A stretch of DNA of 64,000 bases from Naegleria gruberi. Taxonomy: Eukaryota. Location of the stretch: assembly GCA_000004985.1 (NCBI GenBank), contig GG738845.1. One strand, 5' to 3'. Of this stretch, positions 23,301-36,000 are shown piece by piece. Numbering within the stretch: the first letter of the stretch is position 1; every line of letters begins with the position of its first letter. The notes beneath the pieces were generated by a model that saw only the letters and a list, made by a program, of their open reading frames with translations, was not told the DNA's origin and did not search any database. The position numbers and the translations under genes were made by a program.

Positions 23301-23459
23301 GTTTTACTTGTCTTACCACAGAATCTTCCAGAAGTTGTCTCTCAATTAGAAAAGAATCCATCCGTGAAACATGAAGATGTTATTGCATTCATCAGAATGA
23401 GAAGTGACTATAGCAAGAATAAGACCATGTTTAAAGAGAAAATCCCTGATTTCCACTAG
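20386..23459 (+). CDS. SEC10: Exocyst complex component Sec10/EXOC5; two exons join(20386..21075,21117..23459)
   Basis: Exon 2 (AKQLMKFFNEF, IVQELSLIAADL, ISEMKKKARILL, CIDLYVKM ... LLVLPQNLPEVVSQLEKN) is collinear with human EXOC5 (AQKLMKYFNEF, IIQKLHLIAQEL, ISRMREVAAVLL, CVDVYIKQ). A 41-nt GTAGGT...TCAAG intron (21076..21116) joins it in frame to a low-complexity, coiled-coil N-terminal exon. An alternative in-frame GTAATC/TTAG pair (21080..21108) also exists. Confidence 0.85.
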
Positions 23460-23829
23460 ATCAATTTTCTTTTATAAACTCCACCAATTATTCTTGCTTT
23501 GCAACTTTGCCTCATATCTCCTGAGTGTTGTTGCGGATATTCTGTTAACAACCGTAATTGACTGTATCGCTGAATTTTTTGCGCTCTCCTCTTCCCACCT
23601 ATTAATCCTACCATCATCAATAAGGCAAATCACCTTCCAAACATATTTCAGTTCCACGTAAATGTTGCACAGGTTCTTCCTTTTGACCCAAACAATTGGA
23701 ATGCCTAGATATTGTTCCTTTTGGATAAAAGAACCTTTTTTCAAGTCCAACTCACTTCTACGTTGAAACTGTATATCAAGAAATATATTAAGGTAGTAAG
23801 GTACCATCCATTCTTTTTAAAACAAAAAA

Positions 23830-26800
23830 ATGCAAACACTACCAAGAGATAACACTCCTGAAAGTGCAATGAATCACATTATGCAGGTTGGTAATGCATC
23901 ATCAAGATTACTTGGTTGTTCCACCTCAAAGAGGATCTCCTCCACACTAGCCGCATCACTCTGTATGATTGTTGCAGTGGTATGCTTTAGTTCAATCATG
24001 ATGATCTCATCTAGCTTTAGCTTTGTAGAGGGACAACAACAACCACAACTCAAAGTCTGTATCAATCAAACATCTACATGGAAGCAAGACATCTGTAGTA
24101 CCAATATTACAATGACCTATCCTAGTTATTGTCATTATCAAAATCCGTACATTGTTCCCTATCCTCTAGGTTACAAATTATTCAATGATTCCACTATTGA
24201 TTTGCAAACATGTTTAGATAAGAATGGAAATCCACAAGATGAATGGTCTGATGAATGCTACTTCCTCAATTCTTTAAATATCATAGAGTTGGAGGGTTTC
24301 TCCACAGGTAATCAATCCTCTCGTTACATTCTATTTGCTACTAATAGAGGCCAATTATTTGGATCCAATTTCAATGATGGAAACGTGTTGCTTCCTCTCA
24401 TGGGAGATAACAATCACTTTGAACCAATTACAAAGGTTGTGAGCGTTCCTTTCAAGGAAGGAAAGGGTGTTTACGTCATTGGTAAAGCAAAACAACACTC
24501 TATCATGTATTATTATTCGCAATTGGATGTAACTTTTCGTCCATGCACCAATTTTAATTTACTAACCAATGCAGATATTGTTTATAGTGAAATTTTATAT
24601 ATGGAAGATCAGGGAGAAATATTCTTACTTTTAATTGGTGAGGAAACAATCTTCTTTTCAAAACTTGGAGCATTGTGCAATATTGTAGAAAAGATTTATA
24701 CTTATCAATTCACTAGTGAAAAGATTGTTAATGTTCAAGTTCATACTCAATATTATAACATTTCTAAACCGACAGCATCCATCTATATTAAGGATGATCA
24801 TCCATACAGAAATTTAATTAGTATTCAAACTAGCAAGTCTCTCTATTTGATTCCTTTCGAGAGAGGTGATAAGGTTATAAGTGGTAATTCTGCTGGATAC
24901 AATCTAATTTATAGAGTTGGATCTTTGGATGAAAAAACTACCATAAGTGGATATACTTTATTCAAGGAGGAAATTATTAAGGCAACTGGTGGAGAATGTT
25001 CTTCATCGGCTCCAGAATATTATCAAGCTCTCTATATTGGAGTTGCTACTTTTAACTCTCAAACTGGATCTTCCAAGATGACTTTGAGAAATTTGAACAG
25101 TTGGGGTTATGAAAGAAGTGATAATACTGTATGTGACGTGACCATTGGTGAATATCCAATCGATGGAAAGTGTGTCAAAGCATTTGAACATGTGCAAACA
25201 CTTCCATACAAGGTCACTCATATCAAATCAACATTTGTTGATCTTCCAGTTGAAGTAAGGGATCAAATTATGGGAATTACAGCTCAATATGTTACCAATA
25301 CCCAAGCAGCTATTCAATCAGTTGGCCCCATGTGTGAACAAATGGCTGGTGTTTCAACTCTCCTAAATAAGGGATCTGATTACATGACCAATTACAAGGC
25401 TTGTTTAGCAACTTTCCAAGCAGTAATTGAAGGAGCTGGACAATGTTCAACCCTTCTGGATATTATTCCACCAGATACTGTGAGAGAAATGATGCTTTAC
25501 CACTGGGTTCACAACATTTTCATCACCATGGAAGATAATTCTCTCATTATTTTTGGTGCTCAAGCTCGTGCATGTCAATCATCTGTTGAAAGAAGTCTAG
25601 TTGTCCGTGAGTACAATCAATTCAAACTTGTTGGAAGACCTTTGGAGTTGGGTATTTCACCAAATGGTCAACACATCTTCCTTACCTTAACAAGAAAGAA
25701 GTGGGAAATTGACGCCTTAATTCGTTATCATGCCATTTGTGAAACTCTGAAAAAGGATGAGAAAAATATATTCTTTAGTTCATTTGCTGATACATGTAAG
25801 GAAAATCCACCAACTGAACCAAATATTGGTTTATTTGGTTTCTCACTTAGTTATTGTATGCCTGGTTTATACTGTCCTAATGTTAAGGAAACAGTCATTA
25901 CAAAACTAGATAATGGTTACTATACTGAAAGACCTAATTATGCCATGCTTTGTCCAAAAGGCAATTTTTGTAAGTTTCTTCTAATAGCTTTTGTTTTACT
26001 CTTTTGATGTTAATAGGTACAAACGGTGTCAAGATGCTTTGTCCACCAGGATTCTATTGTGATGAAGAGGGGTTGGAAGCTCCAAAACGTTGTACTGATA
26101 ATAATTACAATTGTTTCAAGAGTGGTTTACAACAAGAAAATAACGTGCCAGACAAGGGAACTTTAACATTGACTCCTTACTATCCAACCATTCCAATTTC
26201 AGATGGTTTATTCATTATGAGAAGGGATGCCATCCATTATTCAGTTGCAGAATGTAAGAAAGGTGAATACTGTCCATTAGCAAGAGAACTTCAATTTAAC
26301 TCAACTGAGGATTTTAACACTACCAGAAAGAGTTTGAATTGTCCTGATAATACTTTTTGTACAGATTCCCGCATCATTACTCCAACTATTTGTAAATGCA
26401 ATTTTAGTTATTGTAGTTATTGTGTTGATGGAGCAAGTCAGGAAATTGCCTGTCCAGCAGGTTTTTACTGCACCTCTCCAGCAACAAAGAAAGCATGTAC
26501 AAGTGGTCAATATTGCCCTGAAGGAAGTGTCATTCCTCAAGTGTGTCCTGCTGGATATTATTGTGCAAATCCTTCTTCTTTGTCAACTTGTCCTTCTGGA
26601 CATTATTGTCCAACAGGAAGCATTATTCCAAGAGCATGTAGTTTCCTTTCAATTTGTTCAACCAATCAAGAACATGAGGCTTTCAACATTTTGGGATTCC
26701 TCTTTGTTTTTATTTGTTCTTTAATTGTCATTGTAATCTTTTATGCTATCAGACTTGGAAGAAAGTTATGGAATAATTATATTGATAAGAAGAGATCAAT

Positions 26801-28885
26801 TATTCAAACACCAACTTCTCAAAGAGAATTGATGGAACCAGGTGACAAAAAGCCTGCAGGTGTTTCCATTGTCTTTGATAAGCTTTGTTATCATGTGAAT
26901 GGCAAATCAATCCTTAATGATGTGACAGGTGTAATTCCTCCATCTAGATTGACTGCAATCATGGGACCTAGTGGTTGTGGTAAGACAACATTACTTTCCA
27001 TTTTGGCAGGAAGAGTTTATGAAGGTTCAATCAATGGTACCATTAAGATTAATAATACTATTGATTCATTCGCAAATTTGAAAAAGATTACAGGATTTGT
27101 TCCACAAAATGATATCATGCATCCAAATTTAACAGTTAAGGAAACTATTCATTTTGCAGCCAAGACTAAATTGGACTTTAGATTGGCCGCTAAACAAGTA
27201 ACTTCAATTATTAGTAATGTTATTGAAACTCTTGGTCTTGGTCATATTAAACACTCAATTATTGGTGATGAAAAGCAGAGAGGTATTTCAGGAGGTCAAA
27301 AGAAACGTGTTAACATTGGTATTGAATTGGCAGCTGATCCAAAAGTTTTGTTTTTGGATGAACCTACTTCTGGTTTAGATTCAGTCTCAAGTAAGGAAGT
27401 TATGTTTGCCCTTAATAGAATTGCTACTGAACAAAATGTTACCGTTGCAGCAGTTATTCACCAGCCTAGAACTGAAATATTCGAAATGTTCCATAATGTA
27501 ATTTTATTGGAAACTGGTGGTAGATTAGTTTATAATGGACCAAGCGCAAATGCATTGCCATATTTTGAAAAGTTAGGTTACAAAGCAGATGCAAAAGTTA
27601 ATCCAGCTGATTTCATTCTCGATGTTACCTCTGGTCAAGTTCATAATGATAACAAATATATTGCCTCAAGTTTATCTCAAGTTTGGGAGAAACATAGTTC
27701 TACAAGTTATTTCAAAGTCAATCAGAAAGAACTCTTGGAATGTTCTGATTATGAAGAAATTAAGAGGGAAAATTCAAGAAGAACAACTCTTATCACAAGT
27801 CAATTATGGTTATGTTTGAGAAGAACTTTGATTCAATTCACAAGAAGTGTTTTTGATTTCTTATTGGGTGTCTCTTTGGTGTATATTGGTGGTCTTGCAT
27901 GTGGTATAATCTTTGTAGATGGTTTGCATTACAGAGGACCTCCACACGAAGAAATTATCAAATTATGTCCAGAACCATTAAGATTGAAATGTTCAATGCC
28001 CCTCGATGATCCAATCATTTCTATGGCACAAATCATTCCATTGGGTATGGCATTGTGTGGTGTGATGAGTTCTTTGAGTATTTTCGGTGATGAATTGGTT
28101 GTTTTCAAGAGAGAATATGCAAGTGGATTGTCAACCTTAATGTACTTTATTGCAAAGAATATTGTTCACATTCCTTATATTTTGATTTATCCAGCCATTT
28201 ATACGTCCATCTTTTATATTCTTGCCAATCCATTAGGATCTTTCTGGGAATAGTAAGTAGTACAATTAGTGATCTTGTAATTAATATTGAAAATGATAGT
28301 TATGGATATTTAATTTTAGTTTATAATGTTGCTGTTGGTTTTGGTTATTTGCTTTCCATTCTATTGCGACCATCTGTCAGTAAATTGGCAGGTGTAGTTG
28401 TTGTAATTATCATGACCATGTTAGCAGGCCTTAGACCAACAATTCCTCAAATGAATGACATGTTCTTCCCAATGAATATTCTCCACTGGATTTCCTTCTT
28501 GAGATATTCACAAGAAATTGTTTATCTAATTGAACTTGAAAAGTTTACTCAAATTTTCAATGTTCAAACAAGTTTAGACATTTTTGGATACCAGTTTGGA
28601 AATTGGTGGTCAGGTGTAGCATTGATTTGTTATGCAATTGCTTTGAGAATTCTCGCCTATTTGGCTTTATTATATGTTCCAGATACTGTTTTCATAAAGA
28701 GAGGATTCAGATGGCTCATTAATAGAAGAGTTATTATCAAGAATTGGATTGCTCAAAAGAAGGCAAACAGAAAACCAAAGGAATTTCTTGTTGACTCCTC
28801 ACCTTCAACACCTGTTAACCTAAGTAACGAGAATCTATTAGGAGGAGAAGAACAATCACCATATTATAGAGTTTCAGACATTTAA
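23830..28885 (+). CDS. ABCG-type (NBD-TMD) ABC half-transporter fused to a ~900-aa N-terminal Cys-rich ectodomain; three exons join(23830..25969,26017..28252,28300..28885)
   Basis: Signal-anchor MIVAVVCFSSIMMISSSFSF, then a large domain with CPxGxYC repeats (CPAGFYC, CPEGS, CPAGYYC, CPSGHYC, CPTGS), TM ILGFLFVFICSLIVIVIFYAI, Walker A GPSGCGKTTLLSILAGR, signature ISGGQKKRVNIGIELAADPKVLFLDEPTSGLD and an ABC2-type membrane domain. Two 47-nt introns (GTAAGT...TAATAG at 25970..26016; GTAAGT...GATAG at 28253..28299) restore a single frame across the three listed ORFs. Confidence 0.85.
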
Positions 28886-29010
28886 ATAAAATCAAAAGCA
28901 AATTTGCTGCAAAAACAAAAGTGCAATTCTAGTATTCCATGTAAATTTTAAAAAAAACGAAAAACGTTAAAGTTTGCCTATTATCATCAGACTAGTAATA
29001 TTTATTAACA

Positions 29011-29877
29011 ATGGCATCTAATGGCGTAATTTTTACAGAATTAAACACTTGTATGAAGTGGAATGATAAATATATTCCTGAAAATCAATTAATTTACGTT
29101 CGGGATGGAACTACAAGTTGTGATGGAGGCTTTCTTGTTCATCACTTTTTGAATTCTTTTATTAATCATGGAAAGAAAGTAACGCTGTGTTCTTTTAATC
29201 AATCCTTCTTTCACTACAATACAGTTGAATTAAAATTAAATATTAATTTGGAAAAGGAATCACAGGAAGGAAAATTTACATTTATTGATGCTCAACAATC
29301 TTTTGTAGATTCATCGGTGGAGACTGGAGATGACTTACTTTTATTTTCATCACCATTGTTAATTACAAAGACTACACCTGCCACAAGACCAACTTGTATT
29401 GTCAATTTAAAGCATAATAATAGTTTGGATGAATATTTGGCTAATTTATTTGAAATTTTAACTTGTGAGAAACAACAATCATCATGCATCATTTTGGATC
29501 ATGTTAATCCTCTATTACAATATTATTTTGATCAAGATGTCAATAGGAAATTGTTGAAATTTATTACCAAATTGAAGAAATTCTATTCGAATAATATTTC
29601 AATTATTGTCTTGATGCATAATCATCCAGCAGATGATGAAAATACTCAATTGACTAACATGTTTGAACACATGAGTGATATTGTTTATAGAGTGGGTCCA
29701 CTTCCAACAGGCTATTCAAAGGATGTTCACGGAAAAGTTGAATGCATTTCATATATTAATGACGGTACATTGGCAAGCTCAAAGAAAGCTTCTCTTCATT
29801 TCAAAACATTTGAATCAAAGGTTTCATTGTTTGCACCAGGTTCTGTTTCGGCTTCTCACGACACTTTCTTATTTTAA
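29011..29877 (+). CDS. ELP6: Elongator complex protein 6 (ELP6, RecA-like fold)
   Basis: DGGFLVHHFLNSFINHGKKVTLCSFNQSFFHY parallels human DGSFLVHHFLSFYLKANCKVCFVALIQSFSHY. YSKDVHGKVECI...SLHFKTFESKVSLFAPGS parallels CRDVHGQLRIL...FTYQYKIQDKSVSFFAKGMS. Confidence 0.8.
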   Translation: MASNGVIFTELNTCMKWNDKYIPENQLIYVRDGTTSCDGGFLVHHFLNSFINHGKKVTLCSFNQSFFHYNTVELKLNINLEKESQEGKFTFIDAQQSFVDSSVETGDDLLLFSSPLLITKTTPATRPTCIVNLKHNNSLDEYLANLFEILTCEKQQSSCIILDHVNPLLQYYFDQDVNRKLLKFITKLKKFYSNNISIIVLMHNHPADDENTQLTNMFEHMSDIVYRVGPLPTGYSKDVHGKVECISYINDGTLASSKKASLHFKTFESKVSLFAPGSVSASHDTFLF

Positions 29878-29965
29878 CTAAACATTATCTTTATTTTTCT
29901 GTTATTATTCCTTTCATTGAATTTAATTAGCGAAAAATTAACACAAATTACAAAGAAATCATGAT

Positions 29966-30847
29966 TTATCTTCTCTTCCCAAGAGTTGCTAAAGGTGTAT
30001 TCTTATACTCAACTGGTTGCCTTAATCCAGACTTTAAATGATCTTGGGTTAGAGAATGGGTAAAATCACCCCACATTTTGTTGTTCTTTGGTTGAGTTTC
30101 TTGTGGAACTGGGCTTGCAGCTTTGAGAGCGTCTGACCAACCTCCTGATTGTGTCATTGTACGAACTGCTGATTGCTTATCTGGAATGATAGCCTTAGAT
30201 GTTGTGAACATTTCTGAAGGAATGTGTGTACTGGTGGTAGAAGTTTCCGAAAGTTTTTGCTTTTCTGCAATCTCAGCAGCATAGGTTGTCTTGAAAGTGC
30301 TCATTAAATTCTTTTCATTTTCCTTCTCAATCATCCACTGTTGTTTCTTTTGTTCCACGAGACGAGATGGAGCATGATTTTCTTGGAGTCCTGGTTTGAT
30401 TGTTCTAATGGCCTGAATTGCTGAATCAGTTTTTAATGCTTGTTGTGGAGGTGCATAGGTGAGATTTGTCATGGAAACGTGACTTTGTTCATATCTATCA
30501 TCACCATGAACAAAGAGTATTTCCTTCTCAGTCTCTTTAGGAAGAATTGGTTCTTCTACTCTGTAGGCATCCTTCTTGAGATTTGTTGGGTGTTGGTACA
30601 TTATTTGATTAAGTGTGGCTGGAGTTTTTAAGAGATTTTCATAACCAGTATCATTTCTCAATTTATCTTGATAGTCGGAAGCATTTCTTTCTTCAATCCA
30701 ATTTTCAATTAATGTTCCATTATTGTAGAGGTTTTTATGACTGCTTAAACCAATTTGTTCCGATCTTAAGACTCTTTCCTTAGGTGGAAGATATTCTGTA
30801 ACAGACTTTAAAGTACCAGTTTGTTGATGTTGTCTTGTTTGTTCCAT
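29966..30847 (-). CDS. Hypothetical hydrophilic protein, 293 aa
   Basis: Long ORF with ATG. Low-complexity Q/T/K-rich sequence with no recognisable domain. Confidence 0.5.
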   Translation of the reverse strand: MEQTRQHQQTGTLKSVTEYLPPKERVLRSEQIGLSSHKNLYNNGTLIENWIEERNASDYQDKLRNDTGYENLLKTPATLNQIMYQHPTNLKKDAYRVEEPILPKETEKEILFVHGDDRYEQSHVSMTNLTYAPPQQALKTDSAIQAIRTIKPGLQENHAPSRLVEQKKQQWMIEKENEKNLMSTFKTTYAAEIAEKQKLSETSTTSTHIPSEMFTTSKAIIPDKQSAVRTMTQSGGWSDALKAASPVPQETQPKNNKMWGDFTHSLTQDHLKSGLRQPVEYKNTPLATLGKRR

Positions 30848-31188
30848 TTTCTATATTGATGCTGATGATTCAGTGTTGTATTGTTATTGGGAGGTAAATT
30901 TACAAAATATTGGGGTGTTGTTTGTTCGTACTATTTTAAAACAAGAAAGAGAGATTTACTCAATACACTCTGATTGTTCTAATAATTATTATTCCGATAA
31001 TGATACTTCTCTATTTAAGATTTGAGAGAAGGTGTCTTGCTATTTTTTTTTAAATTTTGTTTCAATCCCTTTGAAAGCGTTTGAAAAACCTCCTTAACGT
31101 CTAGAACCGTAAATTTTGGCGCCAAACCGAAAGTACAGGTATCTTCATTATTATCAATAACAAATAATTAATTGGATGTCATATGTGT

Positions 31189-32838
31189 TTACATCTTTAC
31201 ATTGGAATGAAATGGTTTGATGTAAATATTTTCATCAATTCTCAAAATCATTTCACTAAATTCCAAAGCTCTATCCATTATTGAAACAATGAGATGACAT
31301 GGCTCAATAACACCACTCTTTAGTTGATTGGAGACTTGTTCATCCATTGAGACTCCAAAATATTGTTCATTTTTGATACTTCTCAATTTTGAAAGGACAA
31401 TTGAGGCATCGTAACCCATATTTGTTGATAATACTTTTGGAATAACTTCGAGAGCATTAGAGAATGCTTCCAGAATAAATTGTAATTGATTAGGATAATT
31501 CAATGTTCTAATATACTTGGAAATATCCATAAATGTAGCACCTCCACCAGGACACACTTGTTCTGTATGATTTAATATTCCCATACAGTCCTGAATACTT
31601 CGTTGGATTTCATTGGATATTTCAGAATTAGGGCTTGAAATTTTGATAGTATTCCAAATATACTTGGCATGATTCTGAGAATTCGATAAAATCTCCAAAT
31701 GGTAGTTTCCATTGTCGACACTGGTTAGGTTAATTTCATCCAAATAGCCACAATTATTGTATCCACTCGAAATGATACTATTACCAATGATTGAAAGAAC
31801 CTCTGCCGATTTGAAATCAACAAATCCAACACAGAGAACATTCTTGTGTTTTAAATATTCTTGAACAATTTTGTGAATTCCAATACCAACATTGAATATC
31901 ACGTTGATATTCAATTCATTAATTAAATAGTCACAAAGTTCTGTCAGTTTTTTGTACTCGTTTTCTAAATTTGATTGACTAACTCTAAATATTTTAGAAA
32001 CAAAGTTGCCATTCAATTCCTCTGCTTTGCACATTAATATTTTTACATTTTTCATGTTGAATTGGTTCACATTAAAATGCTTCAAGTTTGTAAATTTATA
32101 TCCACTGTATTGGCATGTTGTAGACATGTCATTTCCAATCTCATTAAAGTAGAATAATTTAAAATTCTTATTAGGATATATAACTCGCAAATTCAATTTG
32201 TGATTATGCACATTCCTTATCAAATTTACAAAATATTCTTCATATTGTGAAATTATCTTTGATTGCATACAAGTCCTAATCAAACTCTCAATGTCCTTCT
32301 CATTACTATTCACAGCATAGCTATTCAAATATAATTTAGATTTTAAAACAGCCAATTGAAATCCTCTCACAATCAATGAAGGATGTAAATTCCTATTCTT
32401 AATTAAATTTAAAGCCTGATTCAACAATTCACAAGTCAATATCACAACTGATGAAGTGCCATCACCAATTAATCTATCCTGCAACAAACTAGCCCTTGAC
32501 AATAACTGACAACTCGGATGTTCAATATTTAAATATTTAATTATCGTACTTCCATCATTTGTAATTATAAAATTATTACTCTTCATCATTTCATTATTTC
32601 CTTCCTCCGATATCGACATTGAATCCCTCTCCTGAAGGCTTTGATTCTCCATGTAAGGTAAATACTGTGATGATGAATCCATAACCTTGTGATTATTATT
32701 ACTTTCAAAAATTGAAATATCCATTCCCATCGGACCAAGTGTATGTTCAATAATTTCCCTACTCAATGATAGACATGATTGAATATTATTTTCAATGGTC
32801 GTTACATTGGAACCTCCTGATGATGAATTAAATTGCAT
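31189..32838 (-). CDS. Divergent group II chaperonin (TCP-1/Cpn60 family) protein, CCT-like or BBS-type chaperonin-like
   Basis: Degenerate chaperonin hallmarks are present in order: GPMGMD (GPxGxDKM), ITNDGSTIIKYL...EHP, GDGTSSVVIL (GDGTT), VCPGGGA (VPGGGA). A ~45-aa low-complexity insertion sits between the first two motifs. Length is 549 aa. Confidence 0.65.
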   Translation of the reverse strand: MQFNSSSGGSNVTTIENNIQSCLSLSREIIEHTLGPMGMDISIFESNNNHKVMDSSSQYLPYMENQSLQERDSMSISEEGNNEMMKSNNFIITNDGSTIIKYLNIEHPSCQLLSRASLLQDRLIGDGTSSVVILTCELLNQALNLIKNRNLHPSLIVRGFQLAVLKSKLYLNSYAVNSNEKDIESLIRTCMQSKIISQYEEYFVNLIRNVHNHKLNLRVIYPNKNFKLFYFNEIGNDMSTTCQYSGYKFTNLKHFNVNQFNMKNVKILMCKAEELNGNFVSKIFRVSQSNLENEYKKLTELCDYLINELNINVIFNVGIGIHKIVQEYLKHKNVLCVGFVDFKSAEVLSIIGNSIISSGYNNCGYLDEINLTSVDNGNYHLEILSNSQNHAKYIWNTIKISSPNSEISNEIQRSIQDCMGILNHTEQVCPGGGATFMDISKYIRTLNYPNQLQFILEAFSNALEVIPKVLSTNMGYDASIVLSKLRSIKNEQYFGVSMDEQVSNQLKSGVIEPCHLIVSIMDRALEFSEMILRIDENIYIKPFHSNVKM

Positions 32839-33008
32839 TTTTTTTAAAATTGAATTTTCCCAAATATTTTCAAAATTTTTTATTATTTGAATTTTTATTT
32901 GAATATTTGGAAAGAATGAAGAATGAAACCCAATAATGTGAAATTAATATGGCGCCAAATATTCTTGACATTTTCATTGATGTTTGATTGATAACACTTC
33001 ATAAAAAA
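32839..33008. promoter_or_regulatory. Putative bidirectional promoter region between chaperonin-like gene (minus) and RhoGEF (plus)
   Basis: 170-bp A/T-rich spacer between divergent start codons. This is inferred from gene arrangement only. Confidence 0.3.
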
Positions 33009-36000
33009 ATGACACAAAAACGAACGCCACTCAACGATCTATTCCCAGAACTTTCTCCCAATCACAGTTCACCTCACGATTATTCAACACCTCCTAAAAA
33101 ACAAAAGAAACAACAAAATCCATCATCTAATGGTGTTGATCAACAAGAACAAAATACGAAAGTGGAAACTTTATTGGAAACTAGTAATTGTACAACAACA
33201 ACACCTCACAACCATCACACACTTTCTGCTGATGACATTTTTCTTGAAGAAAGTGTTGATGGAGGAGTGGATAAAGAATCTTGTTCATTCGATAGTTTAG
33301 TTTCTAATAATGAAGGTAGCGAAAATGGAGGACTGACAAGTCCTTCTTTTTCCTCTGTAGATACAAATAACATTCCTAGTAGTTTAGTTTCTCCCTATGT
33401 TTCAAATGACACTCTAGATATTCGAAACAAGGAAGAAACACTTTTACAAGAATTAGATAAGTTTGTGGGTGAAAGTACACACGCACAACAAGCTCTGAAA
33501 ACAATACAACGCTGTTTTCTTAACAAGGTGGTCAGAAAAAACTTGAAAAGTAAGTTTTTTGTATTTACAAACTAATTTTAAACTAATTTCAATCAATTTA
33601 AATAACAATTTCCTTGAAATTCACTAAAATAGAATTGTCCACAATGTGTAAAAAACGTAAACACGTAATTAATGAAATAATTTCAACTGAAAAATCATAT
33701 GTCACTGATTTGAAAACAATTATGGATGTTTTCTATACTCCAATTGTTAAAAAAGGAATTGAAGCAAGTGAAAATATGGCTAGTATTTTTGTAAATGTAG
33801 AAATGATTTACAATTTGAATGAAAAATTGTATCAACGATTGGTCATTGCTCAAGATCATCAAGAAAAATGTGAACAGAAACAAAACGAAATGATCAAACA
33901 ATTAGTTTCTGTTATTAGATTATCTGCTTCTTCTGGTAATTTGCAAAGTATTGGAAGTGTTGGTAATATTGCTAGTAATCATACAGATGCTGCAGAATTT
34001 AGAATGTCAGCAGTTCCAATTGGTTCTTCACTTGACAGCTCAAGAAGAGCTACAATTACATCACCAACTGAACATTCTGCAAGTGCACAAAGTTTAAAAA
34101 ACAATGTAACAACTACTAACAATATATTCAATGAGACAGCATCAACAAATTCCAATCAAAAATCAAAAAATAGCAAGAATAAGAAGGATAAGAAAAAGTC
34201 AGGTGGAACAATCAAATCTTTGAAAGATTTTAAAAACAAAATTACACGTGGTAAACTTACCAATTTGGATATTCCAAATGGAGAGGCTCCAAATAGTTCG
34301 AGATCAACAACGAATGGAAGTTTGACTCCAACAGGTCAAATGAAATCGTTTGGTGGAGCTTTTGCTGAAATGGCCCCTTTTATGAGATTGTACACTGATT
34401 ATATCAATAACTTTTCACAAGCATCAAGTATTTTGAAGGATAGAAGAAAGAAGAATCAACAGTTACAAATCTATTTAAACGTAAGTTTTTATTTTATGTT
34501 TCGAATTCTAACCAAGTCATTATTTTAAATAGAAATGTAAGGAAACAAGAGAAGAATGTAGAGGATTGGATGTTTCTTCATTCTTAATCTTACCAGTTCA
34601 AAGAATTCCAAAGTATCAACTCTTATTGAGAGAATTACTGAAATACACACCAAAAGGACACTCTGATTACATGTACCTTTCCACAGCTCATGACACCATG
34701 ATTCAAGTTGCTAATCATTTGAATGAAATGAGAAGACAGAAACTTGCCTTTACCAGAGTGATGGATATCAAACAGAGATTAACTGAATTGAGTTTCCAAT
34801 TGGTTACAGCCATGAAAAATGCTCTCGTTGAAAGTCCAATTGTGAAACATAATTTCAATTCTATTGAACAAGTTAAGAATTCAATTATCAAACCGCACAG
34901 ACACTTTGTGAATGAAGTATTGGTCAATGTAATAAGAGATAAAGTCTCCCCTCTCAAATTACAATGGATCGATAAAGCAATCAATACAGACATGCCACAA
35001 TCTGAACCAATTCCATTCGAAAGTTACCTATTCAATGACTATTACTTGTTAATCATTAAGGGAATCAAGAATGAAGACAGATCAGAGGATTCAGCCGTGA
35101 TGACTCTTCCAAGTGCTTCCTTACAAACAATGGCAACTGATCGTTCTAATTATACTATTTTTGCAAGAACTCCTAGGGATACAGTTGTAGATATTAATCA
35201 AATGGATGAAATACTTGGTCAAAAAGAATTGACTGCACCATTCATTGTTCAACCGTTCTACTTGTCAATTAGTGATTTCTCCATCGTTGATAAGGATCCA
35301 TTGGCAATGAGATGCAAGGATTATATCAGTGGAGCTGAATTTAGAGTTTTCTTTGAAACAGAAGACATCAGAAATGAGTGGTACAATAATATTACTGATA
35401 AGAAGAGGCAAGAAATTCAAAAACTCATCAAGCAAATGACTGAAAAACATACCAAGGCCAAGTTTAGTAATTTACCTGAATATCATGGAAGTGAAACAGC
35501 TAGAGCCAGAGATGTTGAGGAGACTGAACTGCACGCAAGAAACTTGTCCATTGAAAAGTTTAGCAAAATTTCTGAGTTTATTCAAGAAAAGATTAGTATT
35601 CAAAACAGATTTATCAAGATGAGAATGGACTTTGATAAGATTAAGAAAACCTTTGATAAGGACTTTGAAAAGTATCAAACTCTCAAGATGATCCTAAGTA
35701 GATTGAAAGACACTCCAGATCTGTACGAAAAAAAACAAAAACAAGTCATTGAATATGAAAATGAAATGGTTAAAACAAGAACCAGATTGAAGGATGCAAG
35801 TGAACGTCTCCAGAAGGGTGAAGGTGTCTTTAATCAAATGATTGAAAGAACCAAAGAATGCGATGAAGTTATTCTCATGTGTTTGAGAAATGATATCGAG
35901 TCATTGACTGCATTCTTTGGAGATTCTCAAATTTTAGATCAACCTGAAATTGTTGATCTGAGAGACATTGTAATGAAGATGCAATCCATTGATAATGATG

